In this document: one piece after another, positions 14,035 to 28,100 of the stretch
How the letters are laid out: every line of letters starts with the position of its first letter
Numbering within the stretch: the first letter of the stretch is position 1
Source: Octopus vulgaris
Lineage: Eukaryota
Length of the DNA stretch: 64,000 nt
Assembly: GCA_951406725.2 (NCBI GenBank)
Contig: OX597836.1
Coordinates: forward strand, 1,612,001 to 1,676,000
Reading direction: 5' to 3'
The notes under the pieces: model-generated
The model's database searches: none
What the model was told of the DNA's origin: nothing
Seen by the model: only the letters and a program-made list of their open reading frames with translations
Translations under genes and position numbers: made by a program

Positions 14035-15288
14035 TTGTGAATGCAGTCACGTCTCAGATTAAAAACACGAAGTATACCGATGATTAAACGTTTAATTATT
14101 TCCGTTTATTAAATCACTTTACTTTCAAACTACATATGAACAGAAATTGAATTTTTGCTCTTTAAATGTTGCTAGTTAATAAAACGAAAGTTTCAATTAG
14201 CCTAATGAAATCTTCACTGTTAATGACACACAAAATTGAAGTCACTTAGTTTAAGAATGTTTAAGTTATAATTATTTTCTTCGACGCAATATACTGAGAT
14301 TTATCGGTGGAACGGAATATAGACATATAGTAGTAATATATTCGTTTAGGGAGCCGACATTTCTCAAAGTAGAATAAAATCCATAAGGCATTGTTGAGCT
14401 AATCGTCTGCGCTATCTTTTTGTAGTAATCCGTTATGTGCCTGTTGAAGGTTGAGAATCAAAAGATTTGTTTATTCATTCTTTATATCTTCCGGCAGATT
14501 CGAACGTGGATGTGCTTTCTGTTTTCTTTATGTTCATAAATTCTTCTGAAAGAGAAGTTCTTCTCCAAAGTCGGATCACAGTAGCGATAAGCATATTCAA
14601 GTTCGAATCTGCAAGAAGATATTAAGAATCAAAATATAATGTATCACATTGTATAAAAGATTTGTGCTATAGAATCTTACAACTCACTCAATTTTCTAGA
14701 ATTCCTCGTTTGAATACCAACGCCAAACTGTTTCTTCTTGGCAGTTATCGGGTTTAATCTTGGTATCGTGCAACTCAGGAATTTTTATTGCTTTAGGTTA
14801 TTGGTCAACTATTTATATACGGTACTGCTGCTGTTGCTGTTGCTCTGTAGAATAGAACCGATCCTTTCTCTAATCCTGAACAATGACAACTTAACCATCA
14901 AACTCATCTTTCGGACTCCTGTAACCTGAAAGAAATTCAGTTCGGATGTGAATGGTGCAAAAATCGAATTTTGATTCATTTCGCCTCGAGATACTTCAGC
15001 AGTCTGGTTCCTGTTATGCCCCCAAGACAGATTTAATACCAAACCCTGTTGCTTTAGGCAGAGAAATGTGGGGGTTTGTTATGCGTAACCCGTATAGCAA
15101 CCTCAGTGTATCTGCAAGTTTTATTTCTTTTGAACCTAAGTCTAAATAATATGAACGTTGAAAATATTCCTATTCTCCATGGACAAATAATAAATCTATA
15201 ATTACATTGTATTTCACTGGTTTTAGTCCTGTTACTTTGATCGAAGACGGTTGAAATAGCAACCAGTGTCAGTTGGAGTTGTGTAGAT

Positions 15289-15464
15289 CACTGCTCTGCA
15301 ACCATTTTCCCCTTACAGTGCACTTATATTCTTTTCAAAATACCGCGGCACACACGAATTAGAAGTATAGGAAAAATAATCTTATCCAGGTTACACTGCG
15401 TCACACCTAGCATCGTCTCGTGGCACACTGGTATCTGCCGCAGCATACCGATTGTGGAGCACTG
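15289..15464. mobile_element. Putative hAT-type MITE
   Basis: Imperfect TIRs CACTGCTCTGCAACC / GATTGTGGAGCACTG, with internal repeated (C/T)GGCACAC motifs. No clean TSD. Confidence 0.5.
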
Positions 15465-16316
15465 ATCTGTATTAACAGGATGCTGTGCGCGATAAGCAAG
15501 TAGCCAGCCTCAACGATTACAGGTCGATAAGTACCTTTCAGTTGGTCAGCTGAGACAACAAACGATCGATCCTCCGATGGTAACCTTTTCTCACTTAACC
15601 ATCACAAGTGCTTCTAATTAAAATAATTACCACCAGCTTGTCTTACAATATCATTTCGAATGTTAAAGTACATGTTGCGGTTCAAATGTTACGAACAACG
15701 TGACATTTAGTTTTGGGATTTTATTTATTCCGTCAATAATTGTTTTAAAGGAATTTTAATTATCGCTTTTAAATTTACATCATTTAAAGAAGAAAATTGT
15801 CTTTTCTTCCGTGTGTAATAATTGCAATAGAAGATGCTTAAATGAAACAAGATTAACATTTAATCATCACCATATATTTCCTTTTAAACTAAGTAATGCC
15901 ATTATATAAACCTACATCGAATACACATGCATATATATTTAAACATGTATGTAGGTTTTAAACACACTCACACACATGTAGAGATAGATTTGTGTACTTT
16001 TATTTTGAGATTTAACCCCAGAATTGTTTTAGTGTTGAGTATTTATTTGCAAGTGCCAATTTTCTTGTGCGTTGAAACGATCATAATAGTAAGTATTAAA
16101 TCAAAGAACATACAACTATACATCTGTATCATGCAATAAATAACAATTGGAAAGACGTTGGCTTCGAATGCAACGAAAATAATATAACACTCACGCATAA
16201 ACACACACACCGTTTCCACATGTACATATATATATATATATATACAAGTATCCTATTAACGTTTCATCTTTACGATTTTTGCAGCACACGCATACACGCA
16301 CACATATATGTTTGTC

Positions 16317-16358
<42 letters not shown>

Positions 16359-16536
16359 ACATATGTCAGATTCAATAATTTGAAAAAAATATTTCCTTGT
16401 TATTTCTTTTTCATGTTATCATTCTTTTCAACCGAACTCTCATTATATCAGTACTTCCTAGCGTAAAATATTCCAAAAATTACATATCCTGAAAGCACAT
16501 TGCGTATATAACTACGCCGCATATATACACATTCAT

Positions 16537-16581
<45 letters not shown>

Positions 16582-16834
16582 TGTGTGTGTAGTCTGTGTC
16601 TGTGAATTCTTTAATTCTTTCATTCTTTTATTTGTTTCAGTCATTTGACTGTGTCCATGCTGGAGCTTGCGTAAGTACTTGGATGTGCACATATAAAGAT
16701 ACATAGATACTTATATGTGTGTATCAATATAACTATCTATATGTTCATACACACATACATGCATACATACACCTTTACGAATATGTTTAGCAAAATTCCT
16801 TGATTCCTGATACGGAATCGTGAGTTGAAACAAA

Positions 16835-17222
16835 TATTGTTATATTTCGGGACGGTCATTTTTATTGCCAAATAAACACACGCACCATATATTCGTTGTT
16901 TGCTCGTTTATTATTTTTCTTGTTTTTTTTTTTCATATTCTATCTTGTGTCCATTGACTGGACATCTTTCATCACACATCTTTGACCTTTCAGCGACACT
17001 TTCCAATACGTGTCTCTCCCTGCGGCACCTAGTCCATTCTTGGTGGAGCAGGAGGATACAAGTGGATGGAATGGTTCACTGAAGAGGTCACAGTTGTGCG
17101 ACGACAGCTTTCCAATGGACATCTGATAGAATAAGGACAATAATAAACGAGTGAAGAACGAATATAGAGTGCGTGCGATGATTTTGTCAGAAAAAGAATG
17201 ACCATCCTTAGATATAACAATA
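16835..17222. repeat. Fold-back element with diverged ~150 bp inverted arms carrying degenerate HHR-like motifs
   Basis: TATTGTTATATTTCGGGACGGTCATT...TGTCCATTG is inverted as CAATGGACA...AATGACCATCCTTAGATATAACAATA. Confidence 0.75.
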
Positions 17223-17242
17223 CGACAATATATCTATATCAC

Positions 17243-17714
<472 letters not shown>

Positions 17715-17779
17715 ATATATATATATATCTTTTTTTTTTTTTAAGAGACAAGAGACTGTATTCTAGAACAACAGAGAAA

Positions 17780-18230
17780 ACATGTCACGCCACAGCCTTA
17801 CATTTATTTGCCGATTTACAGACGAATCAGTGCAATCTTGATGGTTCACTAGTCATGTCTACCCGACTATCTAGCAGTTAGGTTTCGAATCATGGCTACA
17901 GTAGCATAATTCTACCTAGAATTCTCTATGCCAGTGAGGCATGGAAGATCACGATACAAATCGAAAGACAGCTAGATGTGCGTTCCACCAAAGATGTTTA
18001 AGGAAGATTTTCAAAAGGCATTGGTAAGATTTCATAACCAATGAAAATATTCTCAACAGAGAACGCAATACAGAACAAAGGAAAAACACACCGGTCACAT
18101 ACACTCGCTACCACACAACACCATCCTAAAACAGCTTTGTAGAAGACTCCACCGGAACAAAAAAGAAAGAGAAGAACAACAACTACATGGTGCAGAACAT
18201 GCATAACCGACCTGACAGACGGCGATATTA
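17780..18230 (+). pseudogene. RTE-like LINE, post-RT C-terminal fragment
   Basis: Translation YSSIILPRILYASEAWKITIQIERQLDV / FHQRCLRKIF / W*DFITNENIL matches the LYGSE.W...F..RCLR.I..W.D..TNE pattern. Confidence 0.75.
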
Positions 18231-19697
18231 CATGGGCGATATTATTTTTCTGCTTGGCAGCTACTTCTCAGTTTCTTCAATTTTTGTTCCAGTGATTTCG
18301 TATTTAGTGTATTTGTGTAGTTTTGTATGGTTTTCATTGATATGAAATTCATTTTCAGCATAAATCAATAAAGAGTGAATAGCTTTTGAAATTTTGAAAA
18401 TTTGGGGTAAATTTAGCCAAGCGAAAGCAGCAGATATACAAGTGCCTGTTTCCATAGTTACAAGCCAAGCATGAGAACTCTTCTGTCTGCTGAGAAAGCA
18501 CATGTATTGACGAATATATTTTACACTAAACCTTGTACGTTTACGCTGTATTCTGCTGCTTGTGCCCATCTGTTGCTGTTTTCTGAATATTTTACTTTGT
18601 GTTCGGTGTTTTGATAATTTTTTTAAAGTTTGATATTTTGCAAAATATTTCATTTGTAATGTTCTTTATAATTGATATTTTGATGAATATGTAATTTGTA
18701 ATATGCTATTTTGCTTTTTGATAAATCGTTTAATGTTGTGCTATAAGTTTGTTATTTTGAAATATATTTCATTTGTAATGTGCTTTTCATCGCATTAAAT
18801 GCATATTAAATGCTTAAAACTCCAAAATATGCGTTGGTTTCTAGTTGTTTTGGTCACTTTTCGATTATTCAATGATTAAAACATATGAATCATCACGTGG
18901 TTGTGAGATGTGCTAAAAATAACAGCTAAATAGGCCTTAAATCATGCACTAACTTTTTTGTGTTTTGCATAATCGTATGAATTCCCGGATGTAGAAAACA
19001 AATTCGCAAAAATTTTCTGAAAATTACCAGGACCTAAATTATGAGGGATTATATGGCGTGCGTAAAACAGAATTCCTCAAATGGTTCATTTGTTTCCAGT
19101 TTCATATTAAAACCCGAGCTGTTCTCGGAATGTTGACAACACGTGCAGTCACACACACACACAAATAAGAAAAGGCTTCCAAATCTTGCTTTCCCACTGG
19201 GTGAAGATTATCAACCTTTGGAACTTTTTAAAAAACGTTGGCTGATAAACGTGAATTAACCCTTCAGAATTAGCCTGCAAAATTACATCAATACACCAAA
19301 TTTTAAGATTTTCACTCAATTTTGAAATTTACACAGGTGCAGCCAAAGAGAAAAGTTCCGAGAAACTGTAACCAAAAGAAACCTGTAGCCTCAACTGGTT
19401 ACTAAAAGAGCTGGAGAGTGTAGCAGGAACTGATACGGATGCCTAGAGATATTTTAACTTTAACTTCTAAGGATAATCCACATCAATCGCATCCTTAAAT
19501 CACTATATCTTACGTAAGTCCGACTTTACCACACACACACACACACACACACACAAACACGATGTAGGTACGTATGTATTATATGTGTCTGCTTTAAACA
19601 AAGATCGACAGCGAAATGCACACACATGAATACATACGTGCACTTGCATAGTTATGGATGTTAAGTCGTTCTCATATCAGCACACACACACACACGC

Positions 19698-19753
<56 letters not shown>

Positions 19754-20031
19754 ATATGCGTATATATATATCCATTACCGCCTAAAACCATAAGATAGCT
19801 GATACAGTGCTAGCTTTGTGTAGCGTCGTATTTAACCCTTCCACTCCCAAAGACTTCGGTTTCCTGTTACGCATTAAAGCTTGTTGCCAAATATAAATGC
19901 TGGTGAAGACGTCATTCCTGTATCGAACGCCAAATATCGAATGACCAGCATCGCTTTTACACCGTTTTATCTGCCACAAAATCGTGTTTCCTGAAACCTC
20001 TCACACTCTCTCTTTCCCCACTCTTCCTTTC

Positions 20032-20068
<37 letters not shown>

Positions 20069-20069
<1 letters not shown>

Positions 20070-20135
20070 AGGCGGTGCTCCAGCATGGCCGCAGTCAAAT
20101 GACTGAAACAAGTAAAAGAGTAAAAGAGTAAAAGA

Positions 20136-20180
<45 letters not shown>

Positions 20181-20435
20181 AATGTATGTAGACACACATA
20201 CACAAACACACACACACACACTTTATATTACAATTTGCTTGTTTCAGTCGTTTGACTGCAGCCAAGCTGGAGCACTAGTTTAAAGAATTTTAGTTGAAGG
20301 AATCGACCCCAGGACTTCTTTGTAACCCTAGTACTTCTATCGGTCTCTTTTGCCAAACCGCTAGGCCACGGTGTCGTAAACGCACAGCATCGGTTGTCAA
20401 GCGTTGGTGGGGGGACAAACACAGACACAAAGACA
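20069..20435. mobile_element. Two SINE family B 3' fragments in opposite orientation (20069-20137 +, ~20238-20435 -)
   Basis: GGCGGTGCTCCAGCATGGCCGCAGTCAAATGACTGAAAC tail, followed by its diverged reverse complement and further SINE body. Confidence 0.8.
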
Positions 20436-20606
20436 CATAAAAATACATACATACATATATACATATATACATGCATATATATACATACATGCATATATAT
20501 ATATGTGTGTGTGTGCATGTGTCTGTGTATATATATATATATAAACTTACGGTTAAGAAAAATCGGGATCTTGGCATCCAGTTACTCCCAAAATGCAAAA
20601 CGCATT

Positions 20607-20875
20607 AAATACTACAAAACGTAGAGATGTGATAAACACAGAGGGACCTTAATTCCTCATCAGTTATCGGCCGAAAAATACTAATGATCTGTCTTATGTC
20701 TTTAACGATAAGACTTGGAATTTCGTATATTGGCGGCACCCGCAAGATTTGCGTAGAATTAGGACTCTAGCAAACAAAACGACAGACGATGACAGAATAA
20801 ATAAGGCGTTTCGGTAAAACGCTGAAGATATACGGTCCTTCTGCGTCTGTCTTCTGTGTATGTTTTGCAGTATTT
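20607..20875. repeat. Diverged inverted-repeat (fold-back) element with ~70 bp arms
   Basis: AAATACTACAAAAC...GAGGGACC...CATCAG...CCGAAA versus TTTCGG...CTGAAG...GGTCCTTC...GTTTTGCAGTATTT. Confidence 0.6.
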
Positions 20876-20878
20876 CAT

Positions 20879-21085
20879 TCTGGCAGAAACGTCAGCACGT
20901 CGGGCGAAATGCTCAGCGGTGTTTTGTCTGTCTTTACGTTCTAAGTTCAAATTCCAGCGGGGTGCACTTTACCTTTCATCATCTCGGGGTCAATAACTTA
21001 AGTAGCAGTTGCGTACAGGAATCGATCTAGTCGACTGGACTCTCCCCACCAAAAATCTGGGGCCTAGTGCCTATAGTAGATAGGA
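20879..21085 (+). mobile_element. SINE family A copy
   Basis: CTGGCAGAAACG..GGGCGAAATGCT..AGTTCAAATTCC..CCTTTCATC..GGGGTC. Confidence 0.8.
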
Positions 21086-21152
21086 GTATTTAATGCATTT
21101 TTCATTTATCATATATATATATGTGTGCGTGTGTGTATCATATATATATATA

Positions 21153-21198
<46 letters not shown>

Positions 21199-21841
21199 AT
21201 ATATATATATACATGTTTGTATGTATGTATATAAGAGACTAAAATAATGGGTCATTTCATAGAATTCCTTTATTATGGCAAAGTTTTTTTTGTGTCTATG
21301 TGTTCATCTGACAGTAATTTCTCGCTTTCATTTCACACCATCATTTAAATATTTTCAAATCTATTGTTGCCCTTCTTTTTTGAGCATGACACTATCTCTA
21401 TTCGTATGCTTCTTAGCTCTCCCATATCATATTTAAATCGTTATATGAGGCAAAGAAAACAAAATGTTCTCATTACAACAGCAGATGAAAGATCTCTATT
21501 AGATTATTTAAATTGCCATGTAAAGATACCAAGAAGGTTCTGCTCTTCGTCATATGATTAAAATAGTATCTCACCCCAAAATGTTACATCAATCCGACCA
21601 CTACCTAATCGATCGATCTAATAATTTGCAATACGCACACACATACGCACATGCACACACACACACACACGCACACGCACACATATATTTTGTGTGTGTT
21701 TCTTTGTGTGTGTGTGTAGTGTACAGAGAGAACCATTATGGAATTCTATGCTGCAATGACTAAAAGAAAGTTCTGTTTATATATATTGAACAGGCTCCTG
21801 TAAAGCTAAGAAAAACGTAGCTTACACACACAAACAGACAA

Positions 21842-21929
<88 letters not shown>

Positions 21930-22889
21930 AAACAGATTGATGTATGTATTATTATTACTTTCATTATTATTAAAAGAATAACTTTCATAGCCCCGGCTTC
22001 ACTGTACAGCATACATCATATTTCATTTCCAACGTATCCAAAAGTCAAAGTGTATTCTTGTGACAAACTGTAGTAATCTCCTGATTCTTTAATAATCCCT
22101 ACGTTATCAGGAAACATAAAAAAAAACGCCCAAGAAAAACAAGAACCTTTTGTGATAAAAAAAAAACACCTTCAAAAGCAACATTTATCCCAAGAAACTT
22201 AATGACAAAAAATGGAACAAAACAACGTTAATAAAGAAAGCTAATATCTTCTTTCAGCTGCGAAGTTCTCGAAATGTGAAGGAGCCTAGGAAGTTTATTG
22301 TTGCACATAAACAGGACAGGGACAATAATAGAATATGAAAAATCCAATAAAGGAGAAGAGTTAGCCACCAGAACGCTAATAACAAATAACCACTTCATAG
22401 AAAAGATGACACCAAGAAGGTCTCAAAGAGTTAATGGATTTAAGGAATGTTATTGTTCCAAGCAGACCACATAGAACTAATAAGGTTTCAGGAAAAGCGC
22501 CAAATAAAAACAGAAACTAAAAACTAGTAGAGAGATGTTTTTCTTTTAGTTCTCATTTACTGCAGGATCACAAGATATTTTAGATATACGCCGTAATGAT
22601 ATAATTACGCGTAGCTACACGTATGTGCACACAGAGAAACAGCTTGGCAGTATGCAATACGTGGTGCAGAATGTAGTGTTGATTTTCACTGAATATTTTT
22701 GTCTAAACGACTCGACTTCCGTGCTGCTGAGGATCGTAGAGGCATGAAACTTCGATTAACGAGATTATGAAATTGAATATCATCATCACCATTATGATCA
22801 TTTTATAAGTACACACATGTACACGTGCGTGTATGCATATACATGTATGTAAGTGTGTGTCCATGTCTGTACCTCTGCACATGTTCTAT

Positions 22890-23240
22890 TTATAATGACA
22901 AAATATGAAACCCTATTGAAATTTACACACTACAGACGGGAAACAGTTTTATCACTTCCACACACCACTTTCCCTCGGATAATGGAACCGAATCTTTATA
23001 TATTTTTATTTTCAATTCTACATTCATTCTCCTATTTCCCTATATACTCCTTATTTGGTTCCTTTTCCAAAATAACGCCTTATATTGAACTCTAATATGT
23101 CCCTCTATTTAACAATCTCACATCGTCTCTGATGAAGAGATATCGCTAATAACCCAGAAACAGCTGTAAGGCTAACTTTCTCTGTATAAATGTCTCGAAA
23201 TTCCACACAGTCTTGGCTTTGTTGTCTCCTTTTATTTGAC
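22890..23240 (+). mobile_element. Probable 5'-truncated Penelope-like 3' end (endonuclease C-terminal remnant, UTR, HHR)
   Basis: 22907-22939 encodes ETLLKFTHYRR, which aligns with ERSYRCLHWKR at the end of the GIY-YIG ORF. An HHR motif lies ~190 bp downstream. Confidence 0.5.
23125..23172 (+). ncRNA. Type I minimal hammerhead ribozyme motif, weak stem II
   Basis: GTCT-CTGATGA-(stem II with mismatches)-GAA-ACAGCTGT(palindrome)-A^-AGGC. Stem I is GTCT/AGGC and the predicted cleavage site is GUA. Confidence 0.65.
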
Positions 23241-23305
23241 ACTCACAGACACAACACACATATATATATGTGTATATATATTTATATGTATGCATATGTA
23301 TATGC

Positions 23306-23359
<54 letters not shown>

Positions 23360-23473
23360 TATGCGGTATATATATATATATATATACATTATGCGGTAAG
23401 ATTTGAAAATTTAGAGCATATGTGACAGGAGGCTTCTTTACCATAGCCTCGTGAACATATACTCGTCCTAGGC

Positions 23474-23569
23474 TCTCTGCTGACGAGGCACGCCAGATGT
23501 AAATGAATTTAATTTAATTTAATTAATTCATTTGCCAAAGTTTTGCCAAAAGTATGCATAGTCCAGAGA
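23474..23569 (+). ncRNA. Degenerate type I hammerhead ribozyme motif
   Basis: TCTCTG-CTGACGA-GGCA...TGCC-AAA(G12>A)-AGTATGCATAGT(one base from a palindrome)-C^-CAGAGA. Perfect 6 bp stem I and a GUC site. Confidence 0.65.
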
Positions 23570-23787
23570 TGGAAGGGGTAAACATTTTTATTTCTCTTTC
23601 TATTTCGGAATTACAACTATTTAGCGGTATGAGTTTTGGCTGCTCTTTCTAGTGAGTCGAATGTCCTATATGGCCATTCCTTATATTGTTGAATGTATAT
23701 TATATAGTCTTTGACTATTTTTTCTTTCTCACTAGACCGCTGGTAGCGGAAGATTTTTTCTAGAATATTTTGCTACCCTTATATTTA

Positions 23788-23853
<66 letters not shown>

Positions 23854-24221
23854 TGTATGTATGTATGTATGTATGTATGTATATAGGTGTGTATTTATGC
23901 GTGTGTGTCTGTATATATATATATATATATACATACATACACACACTAGTAGCCAAACGGCCTCAACTTACATCCGTGGTATTTAAGAGATCGTATTGTG
24001 TAATGTGGTGTTCTCTTCCCTGCACAGAAATATATGAGATGGTCACGGGAAGAGTGCCTTTTATCTATCTAATTGGTCTGTCTATTATTCTGAGGCTAAG
24101 CAACAAGAACAACAACAACAACAAAATTATAAAATAACATTGAAAGAAATATATTCGCACATTTATGAACAGAGTAACATACATACACACCAAATCGCGC
24201 ACTCAGCCAGCAAAATAGTCG

Positions 24222-24277
<56 letters not shown>

Positions 24278-24745
24278 CAAACACAAGCAGAACAACCAAT
24301 AATGATGGAAAATTCACTACAAAAGCACACGCGCACGCATACACACTCGCGCGCGCACACATGCACAAACACCCGCTAAAGTAAAGCAGATGCAAGTAAA
24401 ATATACGCATGTATGTCACATGTACACACGGATGTCAAACGTTCATACATCCATGAATATATGTGCATGTAGATGCGCGCACACACTCTCGCATACAGAT
24501 ACACGGAGAAACACACACACACAGCTATGCACACGTACACTGAAATATCATTTATGTATACATATATACACTCGCTAATGCATATATACATACACACACA
24601 CACAAACAGGCACACACATATATACAAATCTATCTATCTATCTATCTATTTAGCTATATATCTATCTATCTAGGTATATATATATATATATATATTTATC
24701 AAGAACAATCTTATTTAGAAAGGGATGCGTGCGTTCCGTCATATA

Positions 24746-25220
24746 ATATATTAATAAATAAAACATATGCATATATATATACATATATGTACGTACCTAC
24801 CTCTACATGTATATATACACACATATGAGTACAGGACACCAAAAAAACGTCGAACACAATGAGAAACGAAAACATAGACACAAACCCAAGGAACTGGACA
24901 TTTTTCTTAAACAACAAAAAAATAGAGTACAGGACAAATAACACAAGGAAAAAACCCCTTCTTCAGTCGCCATGGTTTCATCTACTCTACCTTTCGAAGG
25001 TGAAGGGGCTTTTTCCTTGTGTTATTTGTACTGTACTCTATTTTTTTGTTGTTTAAGAAAAATGTCCAGTTCCTTGGGTTTGTGTCTATGTTTTCGTTTC
25101 TCATTGTGTTCGACGTTTTTTTGGTGTCTTTTACTCATACATGCGTGTATATATACATGTAGAGGTAGGTACGTACATATATGTATATATATATATATAT
25201 ACATGCATATGTTTTATTTA

Positions 25221-25229
<9 letters not shown>
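24746..25229. repeat. Near-perfect long palindrome (arms 24746-24961 and 25002-25229, 40 nt spacer) within a (TA)n region
   Basis: For example GACACCAAAAAAACGTCGAACACAATGAGAAACG versus CGTTTCTCATTGTGTTCGACGTTTTTTTGGTGTC. Few mismatches. Confidence 0.95.
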
Positions 25230-25259
<30 letters not shown>

Positions 25260-25624
25260 TTACATATACACACACACACACAAATACATATATATATATA
25301 TATATATGTACCTATGTATGTACGTACGCGATTATATTATATTCACAAATGCACACACAAAAGAAACACATTCGTACATATACAGACGTACGCATGAATA
25401 TCACATATACACATATACACAGACCATACAGTTACACACAAGCATGCACTTAGATTTTTATACACGTTTGTCACACAAAACACGTATTTTCTCCAAATAC
25501 ACACACATATCCTTACGTATATACATAAACACACAGGTATTAATCTATAGGTGAACATACAATTATCAAACACACACGCACGTACGTACGACAACACATA
25601 TACAGTCTGCATACACACGCATGT

Positions 25625-25995
25625 AATGGTGGATGTGGTGGTGATGGTGGTGGTGGTGGTGATGGTGGTGGTGCTGGTGGTGATGGTGCTGGTGGTGATG
25701 GTGGTGGTGGTGATGGTGGTGGTGGTGATGGTGGTGGTGGTGGTGGTGGTGGTGGTGGTGGTGGTGGTGGTGGTGGTGGTGGTGGTGGTGGTAGTGGTGA
25801 TGGTGGTGGTGGTGCTATTTAATAACATACTATCATGTTTCACAGAACTACATATAACCTGATTGGAAATCCAATATCGAAGATCGATAATAGTTAATCA
25901 TTTACGTAGTCTGAAATATTATTGTTATTATTATTAACATTATTATTATCATTATTAATTGTTGTCGTCAATATCATTGTTGCCAGTAATATTAC

Positions 25996-26070
<75 letters not shown>

Positions 26071-26093
26071 CATTATTATTATTATTATTATTA

Positions 26094-26144
<51 letters not shown>

Positions 26145-26185
26145 GTTATTATTACTATTGTTGTTGTTGTTGTTGCTGCTGCTTT
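25625..26185. repeat. (GGT/GAT)n followed by (ATT)n and (GTT)n trinucleotide tracts
   Basis: Directly visible. Confidence 0.95.
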
Positions 26186-26779
26186 TGTTGATGTTATTAT
26201 TATTAATATTTTTAGTATTGTTGTTAACTTTATTATTTATGCTGTAGTTGCTATTTATTGATGTTCCTGTCCATCTGTACAAAACACAATTATTATTTTA
26301 GTATAATTATAATTATCATAATTGTTAATATTGTTTTAATATTTTTTTCATTTCGTTCTTCAATTTATTCAATTTTACTTTTTAATATTTGTGTTTTTTT
26401 TTTGTTATCATGCATTTTTAGTCGTTGGTTTTGTTCTCCAAAGGAGCAGCCAAGCATGGTATCACTGAATTCATGGTGGAGAGAAAGGAAGAGAGAGAGA
26501 GAGGGAGAGAGAGAGGGAGAGAGAAAATGAAATTGAGAGAGGGAGAAAGAGGGAAGGAGGAGTGGGAGAATGAAAGAGAGTGTCATAAAATGAATGGGAA
26601 AGAAGAAAAGGAGTACAGAATGCTTAGCCAACTTAAAGGGTGTATATAGCACAAAGTATATCTGTTTGAAAGCACCGGTTTATCGTATTTCTGAGGTTTA
26701 GTTTTAGTCGATTGTATATTTTTCTTTTGTTTTTCTTCGATAAAAGACATGTACCAGCATGCACATAGTCGTACATAAA

Positions 26780-27080
26780 TAAGTGCTGACAGACATAAGT
26801 ATATCATGGCATCGACCAGACTACCGGATGTTCTTATACATCGCTGGTCACAATGCACTTTGCATCGTTTTAGCTTTCCAATGATACCAAAGGGCAGACT
26901 AGGTGAGCCGGACAACAGTCCCCTCTCATCGGAGCCTAGTGCACCCATGTACAGCTGAGTGGACTGGGTGCAACGTTAAATGAAGTGTCTTGCTCAAGAA
27001 TGCCATATATACCAGTCTGGCAAGAAATCGGACCTACGAACTTGAGATCGTTAGAATAACACGGCTGACCACTTGGCCAT
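26780..27080 (-). mobile_element. SINE family C copy (tRNA-like head, CORE-like TTGAGCAAGACACTT, tail)
   Basis: ACAGCTGAGTG..C.GG..GCAACGT..ATGAAGT is shared with 62935-63060. The extent of the tail is uncertain. Confidence 0.6.
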
Positions 27081-27185
27081 CTCCACAACTACATATTTAC
27101 TTACCTTTATTTTATGCATTTACTATCAAAACTAAAATTGTCGAGAACCTCATTGAATACAGTACTTCCTGGCAGCAACATAATA

Positions 27186-27225
<40 letters not shown>

Positions 27226-27734
27226 GAATTTGGACCAATACCTTTCTTCTCACAAGTTTGTCTTCATCTTGACATGTGATCTATGTTCATCCCTACGTTT
27301 TATTGTTGTTGTTTTCTAACACAATTCCCGCCAGAGCATAAATTTCATTGCCTTCTTTAACTTCATATCGAGTTGAATAGAAAAATATACAAATATCAAT
27401 TCCTAGGGTTATCTGAAGATGGAATTTTATTCCGGAATATCGTATCAAACTACGGACGATTAAATTACAACGGTACTTAGAGTCCATTGTTGGTCTTAAA
27501 GTGCATCGTGGTATCATTCAAAATATTTTCTTCTTTACAAAATATACGAGATCGTGATTGTTTCCTGGCTACATAATACCTGGCCGGCAGGTATGGCTTT
27601 TGATAGGCTTCTCACAGTTTCTGCTACTGGATAATTCTACTTTTCTAGAATGGATCTTTGGGAAATTTTACATAATATTAAATCAAATAGTTCCTAATTA
27701 AACTGATATCATACATCTGTTATTATACATTACA

Positions 27735-27897
27735 GGGCAGGAGTGGCTGTGTGGTAACACGCTTGCTACACAACCACACGGTTCTCGTTTCAGTCCCACA
27801 GCGTGACACCTGCAGTCGTCTTCTATCATAGTCACGGATCGATTAAGGCCTTGTGAGGTGATATGGTGGGCGGAAACTGAAAGAATACCGTTGTATA
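27735..27897 (+). mobile_element. SINE family B 5' half
   Basis: GGAGTGGCTGTGTGGTAA...CAGTCCCAC...GCCTTGTGAG...CGGAAACTGAAAGAA. Confidence 0.8.
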
Positions 27898-27988
27898 TAA
27901 AGGTAATACACCAGTGGATTCATAGGATAGAAGTTATCCCTTAGACGTTTTTTATAAACTGTAACTTAACCTCAACTATAAATATATA

Positions 27989-28069
<81 letters not shown>

Positions 28070-28100
28070 TAGATGGTTTGGGGGTGATGTGCAGGTATTA

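Noticed and set aside
14380-15200. Non-repetitive block with short ORFs
   Set aside because: Manual translation gave no recognisable motif, and stops are frequent.
18261-18653. 130 aa non-repetitive ORF
   Set aside because: No recognisable domain. Compatible with chance or decayed transposon sequence.
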